Below, one piece after another: positions 11,780 to 25,344 of a stretch of DNA of 64,000 nt. The notes under the pieces are model-generated. The model was given only the letters and a program-made list of their open reading frames with translations. It did no database searches and was not told the DNA's origin. The stretch comes from Mustelus asterias (Eukaryota), in NCBI RefSeq assembly GCF_964213995.1, contig NC_135804.1, forward strand, positions 71,238,001 to 71,302,000, read 5' to 3'. A program made the position numbers and the translations under genes. How positions within the stretch are numbered: position 1 is the stretch's first letter; every line of letters starts with the position of its first letter.

Positions 11780-14700
11780 ATACGGTAGCGGTACATATTG
11801 GTACCACTGATGTGGGAAGGAAGTGGGAAGGGGTCATGAAAAGAGAATATAGGGAATTAGGGAGACAGCTGAGAAGGAGGAAAGCAAAGGTAGTGATCTC
11901 AGGATTGCTGCCTGTGCCACGGGAAGGTGAGGACAGGAATGGAATGAGGTGGAGGATGAATGTGTGGCTGAGGGACTGGTGCAGGGGGCAGGGATTCAGG
12001 CTCCTGGACCATTGGGACCTCGTTAGGGGCAGGTGTGACCTGTACACAAAAAACGGGTGGCACTTGAATCCCAGGGGGACCAATAACCTGGCGGGAAGAT
12101 TGACTAAGGCTACTGGGGAGAGTTTAAACTAGATAGGTTGGGGGGAGGGGATCAAAATGAGGTGACTGAGAGTGAGGAAGGTAGCTTGCAAACAGAGAAG
12201 GGTTATAGGCAGTGCAAGAGGGCGGATGGACAGGGAACAGAGAAGGGGAGAGCTCAGACCAAAGGATTGAGATGAGTTTATTTTAATGCCAGGAGTATAG
12301 TGAATAAAGGGGATGAGCTCAGAGCGTGGATTGATGCCTGGAAGTGTGATGTGGTGGCCATTATGGAGACTTGGATGTCTCAGGGACAGGACTGGATACT
12401 CCAGGTGCCGGGATTCAGATGTTTCAGGAAGGACAGGGAGGGAGGCAAGAGAGGGGGTGGAGTGGCACTGCTGATCAGGGATAGTGTCACAGCTGTAGAG
12501 AAGGTGTATGCTATGGAGGGATTGTCCACCGAGTCTCTGTAGGTGGAAGTTCAGAGTGGGAAGGGGCTGGTCACTTTGCTGGGAGTTTTCTATAGGCCGC
12601 CCAATAGTAACAGGGAGGTGGAGGAGCAGATAGGGAAACAGATCCTGGAGAGATGCAGTAATAGCAGAGTTGTTGTGATGGGAGACTTTAATTTCCCAAA
12701 CATAGATTGGAATATCCCTAGGGTAAGGGGATTGGATGGGGAAGAGTTCGTTAGGTGTGTTCAGGAGGGCTTCCTGACACAGCATGTGGACAAGCCTACA
12801 AGAGGAGAGGCTGTACTTGATCTGATACTGACCAATGAACCTGGACAGGTGTCAGATCTCTCAGTGGAAGAGCATCTTGGGGATAGCGATCATAACTCTA
12901 TCTCCTTTAGGCTTGCATTGGAAAAAGAAAGGATCAGGCAAGCTAGGAAAGCGTTTATATGGAGTAAGGGGAAATATGAAGACATAAGGCAGCAAATTAG
13001 AGGAGTAAATTGGAAGGAGGTATTCTCGGGGAAATGTACTGAAGAGAAGTGGCAGTTTTTCAAGGAATGTCTGTCTAGAGTTCTACAGGACAATGTTCCG
13101 AGCAGACAGGAAGGAGTTGGTCGGTTAAAGGAACTGTGGTGCATGAAAGCTGTGCGGGACCTCGTCGCGAAGAAAAGGAAAGCGTACAAAAGGTTCAGAG
13201 AGCTTGGCGAAGATAGGGATCTAGATGAGTATATGGCTTGTAGGAAGGGACTAAAGAAGGAAATTAGGAGAGCCAGAAGGGGTCACGAGAAGACCCTGGC
13301 AGGTAGGATTAAGGAGAACCCTAAGGCGTTCTATAAATATGAGAAGAGTAAAAGGATGAGACGTGACGGAATAGGGCCTATAAAAGGTGAAGGCGGGAAA
13401 GTCTGTATGGAACCAATAGAAATGGCAGAGGTGCTCAATGAGTATTTTGCCTCGGTTTTCACAGAGGAGAAGGACCTGGGTGGATGTACTGTGGGCGTGC
13501 GGTGGACTGAAAGGATTGAGTATGTGGACTTTAAGAAAGAGGTTGTGCTGGAATCTTTGAATGGCATCAAGATAGATAAGTCGCCGGGTCCGGATGGGAT
13601 GTACCCCAAGTTACTGTGGGAGGCGAGGGAAGAGATTGCAGAGCCTCTGGTGATGATCTTTGCGTCGTTGATGGAGACGGGAGAGGTGCTGGAGGATTGG
13701 AGGATTGCGGATGTGGTTCCTATTTTCAAGAAGGGGAATAGGGATAGCCCAGGAAATTACCGACCGGTGAGGCTAACCTCAGTGGTTGGTAAACTGATGG
13801 AGAAGATCCTGAGGGACAGGATATACGAGCATTTAGAGAGGTTTAGTATGCTCAAGAATACTCAGCATGGCTTTGTCAAGGGCAGATCGTGCCTTACGAG
13901 CCTCGTGGAGTTCTTCGAAAATGTGACTAAACACATTGACGAAGGGAAGGCGGTAGATGTGGTTTATATGGATTTTAGCAAGGCATTCGATAAGGTCCCC
14001 CATGCAAGGCTTCCAGAAAAAGTGAGAGGGCATGGGATCCAAGGGGCTGCTGCCCTGTGGATCCAGAACTGGCTTGCCCAAAGGAGGCAGAGAATGGGTA
14101 TAGATGGGTCTTTTTCTAAATGGAGGTCAGTCACCAGTGGTGTGCCCCAGGGATCTGTTCTGGGACCCTTGCTGTTTGTCATTTTCATAAATGACCTGGA
14201 TGAGGAAGCAGAGGGATGGGTTGGTAAGTTTGCCGACGACACGAAGGTTGGTGGGGTTGTGGATAGTCTGGAGGGATGTCAGAAGTTACAGAGGGACATA
14301 GATAGGATGCAAGACTGGGCGGAGAAGTGGCAGATGGACTTCAACCCAGATAAATGCGTCGTGGTCCATTTTAGTAGGTCAAATGGGATGAAGGAGTACA
14401 ATATAAAGGGAAAGACTGTTAGTACGGTAGAGGATCAGAAGGACCTTGGGATCCGGGTCCATAGGACTCTAAAATCGGCCCCGCAGGTGGAGGAGGTGGT
14501 TAAGAAGGCGTATGGTGTGCTGGCCTTTATCAATCGAGGGATTGAGTTTAGGAGTCCGGGGATAATGATGCAGCTATATAAGACCCTCGTCAGACCCCAC
14601 CTGGAGTACTGTGCTCAGTTCTGGTTGCCTCACTATAGGAAGGATGTGGAAAAGATTGAACGGGTGCAGAGGAGATTTCCAAGGATGTTGCCTGGATTGA

Positions 14701-15132
14701 GTGGCATGCCTTATGAGGATAGGCTGAGGGAGCTCGGACTTTTCTCCTTGGAGAGACGAAGGATGAGAGGAGACCTAATAGAGGTGTATAAGATGTTGAG
14801 AGGCATAGATCGGGTGGACTCTCAGAGGCTTTTTCCCAGGTTGGAAATGTCTGCTACGAGAGGACACAGGTTTAAGGTGCTGGGGGGTAGGTACAGGGGA
14901 GATGTTAGGGGTAAGGTTTTCACACAGAGGGTGGTGGGCGAGTGGAATCGGCTGCCGTCAGTGGTGGTGGAGGCGAACTCAATAGGGACTTTTAAGAGAC
15001 TCCTGGATGAGTACATGGAGCTTAATAGGATGGAGGGTTATAGGTAGGTCTCGAAGGTAGGGATATGTTCGGCACAACTTGTGGGCTGAAGGGCCTTTTT
15101 GTGCTGTAGTTTTTCTATGTTCTATATTCTAT
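11780..15132 (+). mobile_element. Near-full-length CR1 LINE (ORF1 3' part plus ORF2 with two in-frame stops)
   Basis: ORF1 esterase fragment at 11743-12132. ORF2 has endonuclease and RT domains, broken by TGA near 12274 and TAG near 12540. Ends in a (ttctat)n tail. Confidence 0.95.
12543..15047 (+). pseudogene. CR1 ORF2 (endonuclease C-terminal half plus reverse transcriptase), 834-aa open remainder
   Basis: Motifs GDFN, SDH, GNYRP, QHGF, DFSKAFDKVPH, GVPQGSVLGP and FADDTK. Confidence 0.92.
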
Positions 15133-15919
15133 ACAACATCAACACGATCCCCATTATCCACTTGGCTTGTTACATCTTTGAAGAACGCTAGCAAATTAGT
15201 CAAACACGATTTACCATTCATAAAACGATGCTGACTCTAATGGATTTCATTTTGACTTTCCAAATGCCCCATTATTACTTGCTTAATAATGGATTCTAAC
15301 AATTTCCCAGCAACAGATGTTAAACTGTACTTTCCTACTTTCTGTCTCCTTCCCTTTTTCAATAAGGGTGTTCCATTTGCATTTTTCTAATCCACTGGAA
15401 CCATTCCTGCATCCAGGGAATTTTGGAATATTATAACCAATCTGAGTACATGGGATTTAATGGGATTGAGGGCTATAGATAGGCCTAGAGGTGGGGATGT
15501 GATCGGCGCAACTTGTGGGCCGAAGGGCCTGTTTGTGCTGTGACTTTCTATGTTCTATGTTCTATCCACTATCACCACTGCCACTTCCTTTAATATCCTA
15601 GGATGTAGGCCATCAGGCCCTGGGGATTTGTTTGTCTTTAATCTTAATAGTTTGTTGCATTTTATTTCCCTATTGATGATGATTATTCTAAGTTCCTCCC
15701 TTTCTATTTCCTCTGCATTATCTGTTACTATTGGGTCTATCACTGCAGATTTAACTCATTCTTCACTCATTCACCAGAAACTCATTCGCCAGATCCCACT
15801 GTCACTCCCCAACACAATTTAACTCTAAACTACACCGGCAGATATTAGGGCTGATGATCAAAAAATATTCGAAGGACTAGTTGAAGAAGAGTTTAAAAGG
15901 AGGAAGGAGAGACAGAGAA

Positions 15920-16090
15920 ACAGAATCATAGAATCCCTACAGTACAGAAGGAAGCCATTTGGTTCATCAAGCTTGCACCGACAACTATCCCACCCAAGCC
16001 CTAATCCCCCCATAATCTCACGTATAATCTGCTAACCCCCTGACACTAACGGGCAATTTAGCATGGCCAATCCACCTAACCTGCACATCC
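15920..16090 (-). mobile_element. HE1-type SINE, 3' half
   Basis: Matches the SINE body and tail. Confidence 0.75.
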
Positions 16091-16452
16091 CACATGTTTC
16101 CCAACCGAAAGCCATGGATGAACAGGGATATCAACTGCTTGCTGAAGTATATGTCTGAGGCGTTCAAGTCAGGCAACCCTGACCTATACAAGAAAACTAG
16201 ATACGATCTAAGGAGATCCATCAAAGATGCCAAAAGACAGTACCGGACCAAGCTAGAGTCCCAGGCTAGCCACACAGACCCCTGCCAACTATGGAAAGGT
16301 CCGCAAGACATAACAGGCTACAGGATGAAGGCATGTAAAATCACCGGCTCCAACGCACCCCTCCCTGGTGAGCTCAATGCATTCTACACCTGTTTTGAGC
16401 AAGAGGTCAGCGACAGCATGCCCTCCACCCTGGGAGCCTTGGATGAACCTGT
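16091..16452 (+). mobile_element. Rex1/Babar-clade LINE fragment
   Basis: FPNRKPWMN...AFKSGNPDLYKKTRYDLRRSIKDAKRQYRTKLE...ELNAFY, typical of the linker upstream of Rex1 RT. Confidence 0.7.
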
Positions 16453-16714
16453 ACTGGCAGGGTGGGGGATGCTATCGGGCCTGGAGAATTCAGTCCTGGG
16501 CCCGATAATCACATTTAAATTACATTAAAAATAGATCAAAATGACTTACCTGATGTTCCCACAGTTCCCTGCGTGGTCCCGACTGCGCTGGATATCCGGC
16601 GGTGGGAGACATGCGTGCGTCGGGAACGCATACACAAATTGCACAAATCGACACACGCGTACATCTCCCGATCCGACAAACCAAAATATTAATGGGTTGG
16701 ATTGGGAGAATTGC

Positions 16715-17030
16715 CCCCTTTATCTCTCAAGATATCAGGAGCTGAGTATAAAAGATGACATCGTCTTGTGGGGAGGCCGGGTGGTTGCCCCAGGTCCAGG
16801 CCAGCGACCAATATTTCAAGAATTGTACAATGGTCCCTCGGGACTTTATAAGATGAAAGGAGCTATGATTGGTGGCCTGGTATAGACAGTAATATAGAAC
16901 ACCTGGTCAAGTGGTGCAAAACTTGCCAGGAAAACTAGAACGGTCCTCCGACAGCCTTTTTCCACCCTTGGGAATGGCTGGGGAGACCCTGGGTGTGAGT
17001 ACATGCAAACTTCACAGGGCTCCTCATCGA
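16715..17030 (+). mobile_element. Gypsy LTR retrotransposon integrase zinc-binding remnant
   Basis: ELSIKDDIVLWGGRVVAP...WWPGID...CKTCQ...HPWEW...PW, with frameshifts. Confidence 0.75.
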
Positions 17031-17885
17031 CAACCATTCAAAATAACTTCCACTGAATGGCTTCTACTACCTCTTACCGCTCGTGCTACTAAATAAACCT
17101 GGTGTTGTGAGACTACTTACTGTGCCTACCCCAGTCCAACATCGGCATCTCCACATCACCTCTTACAGTACCATAGATAAACTCCTTCAGTACGCATGGC
17201 ATAACCGAGATTCTCACAATAGACAACAGGACCTCATTTACCACAAAGATCCATTCCCACTGGGAATTGCCATTCCTTCACTGATGCTTGATCAAAATCC
17301 TGGAACTCTCTCCTTAACAGCATTGTGGATTTACCTACACCACACGGACTGCAGCAGTTCACCACCACCATCTCAAGGGCAATTATGAATGGGCAATAAA
17401 TCCCGGCCTCGCCAGCGACACCCAGATAACATGAATACATTTTTTAAAGATTACAACTGAGAAACAGAGAGTGTCTTCTTGCACCAACAATGTAGTCACA
17501 TCTTATACTTAATATATAAGAACATTTAAAAGGATTTTTTGAAGCTTCAAATTTCAACTGATAAATTTTATTCCACAGTCTTGGTCATATGAATTTTTTG
17601 TGGTATGTTGTTGGGATGTGGGCATTACTGGCAAGGCCAGCATTTGTTGTTTATCCTGAAATGCCCTTGAGAACCAGACTCATGGTGCTGAGGCCTCGAT
17701 GAATTCTCCAGAAAGAGGAAATGGGGGGAGTTTAAATTTGATTAGTTCATTTAAAAAATCTGGAAAAAAAGCCAGTTTCAGAAATGGTGACAATGAAAAT
17801 GGTTGTAAAACCCTTCAGGTTCACTAATATCCTTTAGGGAGAGAAATCTACCGCTGTTATCCGGTCTGGTCTGCATGTGACTCCA

Positions 17886-18527
17886 GACCCACAGCAATGT
17901 GATTAACTGGCTGAACCAGCCAATCAGGTGAGGATAAATAAGGATGAATAATAAATACTGAACTTCTGGAGACAACTACATCCTGTGAATAATTTAGAAA
18001 AATAGCAATGGGCTGATGGGGAAATGGGATCGGTGTGAGTTCAGACACAGGCAGCAGGGTTTTCGATCAGCTCAAGTTTACGGGGATTGGAAAGTGAGTT
18101 GGACCACTTGAATCTCGAGTGAAGAGCATGGAAGAGCAGAGAAGCTGAGACTGGATGGATTCCCCAATGTTATGCAGAGAGGAATAGTCTGTCTCACCAA
18201 TGGTGTTGGTGTGTGCTCAGAAGTCATCTTGGGGTCAGATAGGAACCTCATGTTGTGAAGAGTCTGGTTCTGACAGCTGTCAATCACTCTCTGCCCAGAA
18301 ACTCTGTCAGTGCAATCTATACGGTGTAAAAGTAAACTTGAGCTGATCGAAAACCCTGCTGCCTGTGTCTGAACTCACACCAATACCGTTTCCCCATCAG
18401 CCCTTTGCTATTTTTCTAAATTATTCACAGGATGTAGTTGCCTCCAGAAGTTCAGTATTTATTATCCATCCTTTTTTGTCCTCACCTGATTGGCTGGCTC
18501 AGCCAGTTAATCACATTGCTGTGGGTC
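17886..18527. repeat. Inverted repeat with about 196-bp arms (17886-18081 and 18332-18527) around a 250-bp spacer
   Basis: Arms are reverse complements with scattered mismatches. The ORF track shows the mirror ORFs MSELTPIPFPHQP on both strands. Confidence 0.9.
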
Positions 18528-18554
18528 ATTCAGACTGTGCCACGTGGTTAGTGA

Positions 18555-18705
18555 GACTGGAAGTGGGAATGGAATCGGGAACAGAGAATGGAAATGAGAT
18601 CAAGAACATTGACTGGGATTGGGAATGGGATTGGCAACAGAGAATGGAAATGGGATTGTGAATGGTGATTGGGATTGGGAATAGGGATTGGGAATGGCAT
18701 GGGAA
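18555..18705. repeat. Degenerate (GGGAAT/GGGATT)n hexamer repeat
   Basis: Visible periodicity. Confidence 0.7.
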
Positions 18706-19269
18706 GAGAAGAGAAGAACTGGATTTGGTTAGGGTGGGTGAGAGAGGCTGAAGAGAGAGTTACTGAGTAAATGGAGAAAGGCTTTGGGGCACTTGGGGGG
18801 GAACTGGAGTTCAGAGGGAGAGAGCTTTCGGTGTCAAGGTGCAGAGAGGGTGATGCATCCAGCAGGAGAGGATCTTGGGAAGTTCAGGGTGAAGCACAGC
18901 GACATTCTGTTCTCTCTGAATTCCAGTCTCCCCTGTCCCCTCCATTCCCCCTCAGTGGGAGGAGGCACTTGTGAGGCTCCAAAGGGTCTTGAGGTATTGA
19001 GGTGGACCCCACACACTTTTGGATGTGATACTGGTTTAAGAAAAGAGGGAAGAAGCTGTGAAACCCCTCATGAATTGAGGCTTCCACAAGTAGCCATGGT
19101 GCGAGGGACAACTTCCCTCTCCCAAAGGAACTTCTATAAACCCAGGCTCTAAGAGAATAAGAGCTGGCAGGATACTCAACTATGAAAGCCATCACTGAAG
19201 GCTATCCTTGGACATGAGGGAGCATGGGGACTGGAGAGCTGGGTTGTGTTCTCTAACCCAGTGAACTGT

Positions 19270-19535
19270 GGACACTTTAAACATCCCCCCTCTCTCTCCC
19301 CCTCTCTCTTGCTCTCTTTCGCTCCACCTGTGGGCAGTTTAAACATCTCTCTGTCTCACTCTCTAAGTTCTCACTCTCTTTCTTTCTCTCACTCTCTCTT
19401 GCTCACTCTCTCTTGCTTTCTCTCTTGCTCCCTGCCTCTCATTCTCTTTCACTCCACCTGAGATCAGTTTAAACATCTCTCTGTCTCTCTCTCTAAGCTG
19501 TCACTCTCATGCTCTCTCTCTCTCTCTCTCTCACT
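19270..19535. repeat. CT-rich low-complexity tract with repeated tttaaacatc units
   Basis: Visible in sequence. Confidence 0.7.
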
Positions 19536-20758
19536 CCAGCTGAAGGCAGCAACTCCATACAGACTGACCTTTTCTTCATTGTGCAGCACGGGGAATGTTA
19601 AACACTTGAGGATTAATTCTGTGTACGAGGAGCTCAGAGTCACAGAGAGATTTCGTCTAATTTCTGAGAACATGAAGTTTTCTGACTCTCTATTCAGTCC
19701 TCCTCTCATTTGCTGAAACACTGACACAATCTCCAGAGAAACAGTCGCTTAGAAATGTCAAACTTGGCCAGAAAGGGGAACGTGGAACAGTTTGAAGCTT
19801 GTTTTAGATCACCAGCTGCAGCTTTCACTTCCCCAACAGGGGCATTGAGAGTTTCTGACGGAGAATTGAGAGAGCTCAGGAAGAGAGAAATTCCAGGTAA
19901 TAGAACTCAGACTGGGAACGGACTCAGATACTCTCAGCTTAGGCACATACTCAAAATACAGAAGACACAGTCTGATCCAATTCAACATCATCAACCAAGC
20001 CCCATCCATAATGAGGATCCATTCATATTAGTAATCCATTCACACTGAGGATCCATTGACTCCAAAGAACAATTCACATTAAGGATCCATCCACTCTGAG
20101 GATCAATTAACACTGAGAATCCAGTCATACTGAGAATCCATTGTTACTGAGGATCCATTCACATTGAGAATCGATTCACTCTGAGGATCCATTCACACTG
20201 AGGATCCATTCACATTGAGAATCGATTCACTCTGAGGATCCATTCACACTGAGGATCCATTCACATTGAGAATCGATTCACTCTGAGGATCCATTCACAC
20301 TGAGGGTCACTTCACATTGAGGATCCACTCACACTAAGGATCTATTCACACTGAGAATCAATTCAATCTGAGGAACCATTCACACTAAGGATCCATTCAC
20401 ACTGAGGATCCATTCACATTAAATATTCATTCAAACCAAGGATCCATTCATACTGAGGATCCACTCACACTGATGATCCATTCACACTGAGGATCCACTC
20501 ACACTGAGGATCCATTCACAACAAGGATCGACTCACACTGATAATCCATTCACACTGAATTTCCATTAATGCTGAGGATACCTTCACACGAAGGATCCAC
20601 TCATACTGAGGATCCCTTGACATTGATGGTTCGTTCACACTGAGGATCCACTCACACTGAGAATTCACACACTGGAAATCCACTCACACTGAGAATCCAC
20701 TCACACTGAGGATCCACTCACACTGAGGATCCACTCACACTGAGGATCCATTAACACC

Positions 20759-22290
20759 AAGGACAAACCAAAGTAGAACGTACAGGGTAAATGGTAGGAC
20801 TCTGAAGAGTGCAGTTGAACAGACGGATCTGTTTTTGAACAGGTCCATCTCCTCCACACCAACCCTCAGTATGCCTACGTGGCATATCCTGACGGGCGAG
20901 AGGACACGGTCTCGATTCGAGATCTGGCGCCAGCAGGGGGGCTTGGAAATCCCTGTCGCTCCCACACCCCCAGTTAGGGACCCCCGACCATTATCTCCCC
21001 TCCTGACACGGCGCGGGCAGTATCGGGACCACCACTTAACCCTCTTACTCCCGTGTACAGCTTGCCTGAGTCCAGGAGATTGTCGCCACTTCGAGGCGTG
21101 CCCGAGTCCAGCGGATTGTCACCACCTCATGGTCTACCGGCCCGTGAGGAACTGGAGGAGTCGCTGGACACCGCCTTGGAGAGAACGTCACCGCGATTGC
21201 CTGAACCGGTGTCATCACCGGTGTTGAGGAGGTCACAGCATCGGTGCGGTCCCCCAAACCGTTTGAACTCATAGACAGATGAACATTTGTTCTGTGTTTT
21301 GTACCCCGCCGGCCTTTGTTTTCAAAGGAGGGGTGAATGTGGTGAACCATTGTTGGTTACCACCAGGAGTGCTGAGCCATGGTCTGGCCAGTACTATGAG
21401 TCTGTAGATATGTTACTGTTGGGGTTAGGGTTGGGCTGTTCTACCTGTTAATATAGTCCTATGGTACACCCCAGTTGGCTCCGCCTCCTGGGAGAGGTAT
21501 AAAGGTCACTGCTCTGCCTGGTGACACCTTAGTCTGGGATTGTATATTGTATATAGTAGCTCCGTTGTTGTTGGCAATAAAAGCCTTTATTTCCCGGGTA
21601 CATCCTGCCTCCCGTGTGATTTATCGCGCATCAGGGTCGTAAAGAGTGCCTTTGGTACATTGGCCTTTATAAATCGGAGTATCGAGTATAAAAGTTGGAG
21701 TGTTATGGTAAGGTTTTATAAGGCATTGGTGAGGCCGAATTTGGAGTATTGTGTACAGTTTTGGTCACCTAGTTACAGGAAGGATGTAAATATGGTTGAA
21801 AGAGTGCAGAGAAGGTTCACAAGGATGTTGCCGGGACTTGAGAAGCTGAGTTACAGAGAGAGATTGAATAGGTTGGGACTTTATTCCCTGGAGCGTAGAA
21901 GATTGAGGGGAGATTTGATAGAGGTGTATAAGATTTTGATGGGTATAGATAGAATGAATGCAAGCAGGCTTTTTCCGCTGAGGCTAGGGGAGAAAAAAAC
22001 CAGAGGGCATGGGTTAAGGGTGAAAGGAGAAAAGTTTAAAGGGAATAATAGGGGGGCTTCTCCACGCAGAGAGTGGTGGGAGTGTGGAATGAGCTGCCGG
22101 ATACAGTGGTAAATGCGGGGTCACTTTTAACATTTAAGAAAAACTTGGACGGGTTCATGGGTGAGAGGGGTGTGGAGGGATATGGTCCAAGTGCAGGTCA
22201 GTGGGACTAGGCAAAAAATGGTTCGGCACAGACAAGAAGGGCCAAAAGGCCTGTTTCTGAGCTGTAATTTTCTATGGTTCTATGGTTCTA
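20759..22290 (+). mobile_element. CR1 3' fragment (same subfamily as 46270-47695) interrupted by a Gypsy 3' end
   Basis: Near-identical to the 47054 onward segment; carries VRPNLEYCVQFWSP. Confidence 0.9.
20831..21633 (+). mobile_element. LTR retrotransposon (probably Gypsy) 3' end: internal tail, polypurine tract and about 300-bp 3' LTR (21334-21633)
   Basis: PPT aaaggagggg directly precedes TG...CA. TATAAA near 21498 and AATAAA near 21576 lie inside the LTR. Confidence 0.75.
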
Positions 22291-24407
22291 ATCCACTCAC
22301 ACAAGAATCCACTCACACCGAGGATCCACTCACACTAAGGATCCCTTCACATTGAGTATCCACTCACACTGAGGATCCATTCACATTAAATATCCATTCA
22401 AACTGAAGATCCACTCACACTATTGTCCCATTCACACTAAATATAATTCAAACTGAGGATCCCTTCACACCGAGAATCCACTCACACTGAGGATCCCTTC
22501 ACTCTCAGGATCCACTCACACTGAGGATCTATTCACATTAAATATCCATTCAAACTGAAGATCCACTCACACTATGGATCCATTCATACTAAATATAATT
22601 CAAACTGAGGATCCCTTCACACCGAGAATCCACTCACACTGGGGATCCCTTCACACTCAGGATCCACTCACACTGAAGATCCCTCCATATTGAAGATCCA
22701 TTCACACTGCAGATCCACTCAGACTGAGGATTCCTTAATACTAAGGATCCACTCACACCAATGATTCATTCAGACTGGGGATCCAGTCACACAGATGATC
22801 CATTCACACTGAAAATCCACTGACACTGAGAATCCATTCACACGGAGTTTCCATTCACACTGAGGATACCTTCACGCTAAGGATCCACTCATACTGAGGA
22901 TCTCTTGACATTGATGATCCACTCACACTGAGGATCTATTAACACTGAGAATCCACTCACACTGAGGATCCCTTCACACTGAGGATCCACTCACACTGAG
23001 GATCCCTTTACACTGAGGATCCACTCACACTGAAGATCCCTCACATTGAGGACCCATTCACACTGAGGATCCATTTACACTAAATATCCATTCAAACCAA
23101 GAATCCATTCACACCGAGGATCTATTCACACTAAATATCCACTCCAACCAAGGATCCACTCACACTGTGGATCCATTCACACTAAATATCTATTCAAACT
23201 GAGGATCCCTTCACACTGAGGATCCACTCATACTGAGGATCTATTCATGCTAACAAACTGTTCACACTGAGGATCCAATCACACTGCAAATCCATTCACA
23301 GTGAGAATTCATTGACACTGAGGATCTATTCACACTAATAAACTGTTCACACTGATGATCTATTCACAATGACAATCTATTCACACTGAGAATCTATTCA
23401 CACTGATGATCCATTCACACTGATGATCCATTCACAATGACAATCCATTCACACGCAGAATCTATTCACACTGAGGATCCATTCACACTGTGGATCCATT
23501 CACATTGAAGATCCATTCACATTGAAGATCCATTCACACTGAGAATCCATTCACACTGAGAATCCATTCACACCGAGAATCCATTCACACTGAGAATCAT
23601 TCACATTGAAGATCCATTCACACTGAGAATCCATTCACACTGAGGATCCATTCACACCGAGAATCCATTCACACTGAGGATCCATTCACATTGAAGATCC
23701 ATTCACACTGAGCATTCATAGAATCATAGAATCTCTCCCCGTAACACCATAATTACCCAGCCTATCTCTCAACCTACACATCGTAGAGGATCCAATTACA
23801 CTGAGAGTCCATTCACACTGATTATCCACTCACACTGAGGATCCATTCCAGATACTTTTATTAAATTTAAATTCCACCATCTACCATTGTGGGTCTCGAA
23901 CCTGAGTCCTCAGAACATGAGCTAAGTTTCTGGATTAATATACTTGCAATAATACCACTAGGCCAGCGCTTCCCTTGAGGATCCATTCTCACTGAGAATC
24001 AATTCATACTGTGAATCCATGTGCACTGAGAATTGTTAAACATTGAGGATCCATTAACAATAAAAATCCATTCATTCCTGAGGACCGTTCTCACTAAGAA
24101 TCAATCCCTCAGTGTGAATGGATCCTCAGTGTGAATTTATTTTCAGTGTGAGTGGATCCTCAGTGTGAATGGATTATCGGTGTGAGTGGATCCACAGTGT
24201 GAATGGATCCTCAGTGTAAATGGATTCTCAGTGTGAATGGATTCTCAGTGTGGGCGGATCCTCACTGTGAACGAATTCTCTGTGTGAATGTGACTCCATT
24301 CACACTGAAGATCCATTCACACTATTTGCCTATGATAGAGAGTTTATTTGTGTTGGAGAGAGATGGAGGGGGGGAGTGCGGTGGGAGGTCTGGCAAGTAG
24401 GTTTCTG

Positions 24408-24680
24408 GTGAGTGAAGAATGTCAAATCCATAGCGAAAAACTTGAGAAGGGACTGAAAAATTGGAGAGTGAGTTAAAAAGACAATGAAAGCGCAATAAAA
24501 TTAAAACCATTTCAAAAACAGTGACTGATGACGCAGTGAATAATCTACTGGGGCACAGGAAAAATGTTGAAGGTGTTTCCGGACTGGATCCACAAAGCAA
24601 TTCTCCCAACACTTGTTACTTTCCAGTTTTGTGATAAATATTAATGATTCTCGAGGGTAACTAACTCCCTTGTGTAAAGA
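24408..24680 (+). pseudogene. Decayed CC chemokine paralog remnant (end of exon 3 plus 3' UTR)
   Basis: Reads SEECQIHSEKLEKGLKN versus NEKWVQTAVRFLEKGLKK in chemokine A. Downstream nucleotides align by eye with 27331-27468. Confidence 0.6.
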
Positions 24681-25344
24681 GAATGATTACATTCCATTCT
24701 CTGATATCTACAATGTGACATTTGTGCGGAGTATAAAGGGTTAACATTATGGGTGTGCTAATCTATGGGCACATGATGGAATGGCATGGTCAGTCACATG
24801 TTGGAGAGTTTGGTATCTTGCATCGCAACATCATGCCAACTCTGTAAGCTGTTTCAAAGTGGTGCAAACACAGGAGAGTTAAATGGATATCAGAGTATAT
24901 CTACAGTCTGGTTGCTAACTAATTCCCACTCGGAGATTGCAGGATACAAGGAGCAGCTCAGAACTATTGACAATCTTTTCATTAACATCATCACTGATCT
25001 CATTCTCAGCTGTGGCTCATTGGGTCTCACTCTCACCACTCACACAGGTCAGAGCCTCAAAATCCACTCAGAAACCTGGAGCACAAAACCTCGGTTTACA
25101 TTTCAATGCCGCACAGAGGGAATGATGCACTGCCTGGGCTGCCCACATTTCATGGGAGATGTTAATCTGAGGCCCTGTCTTCCCTCTCAAGTGGGTGTAA
25201 AATATCACATGGCTTCATTTGGAAGAAGAGCAGGGCAGCTGTCCCTGGTGTCCTGGGAATTATACAACTCTCAATCAACATCATTAAAACAGTTTAAAGT
25301 AAAGTTAAAGTTTATTTATTAGTCACAAGCAGGCTTACATTAAT

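Larger units (their letters stand above)
20005..24322. repeat. 17-bp satellite array (ctgaggatccattcaca)n, interrupted by a CR1/Gypsy insertion, with an inverted block at about 24107-24292
   Basis: Long run of BamHI-site-containing monomers. Confidence 0.95.

Noticed and set aside
19840-19896. 57-nt candidate exon (ccaacag...ccag|gtaata)
   Set aside because: No recognisable protein similarity and no partner exons.
20005-24322. CRISPR-like array
   Set aside because: No unique spacers and a vertebrate context; it is a satellite.
24786-25322. 178-aa ORF upstream of chemokine A
   Set aside because: No domain similarity, and the 3' half overlaps SINE-like repeat sequence.
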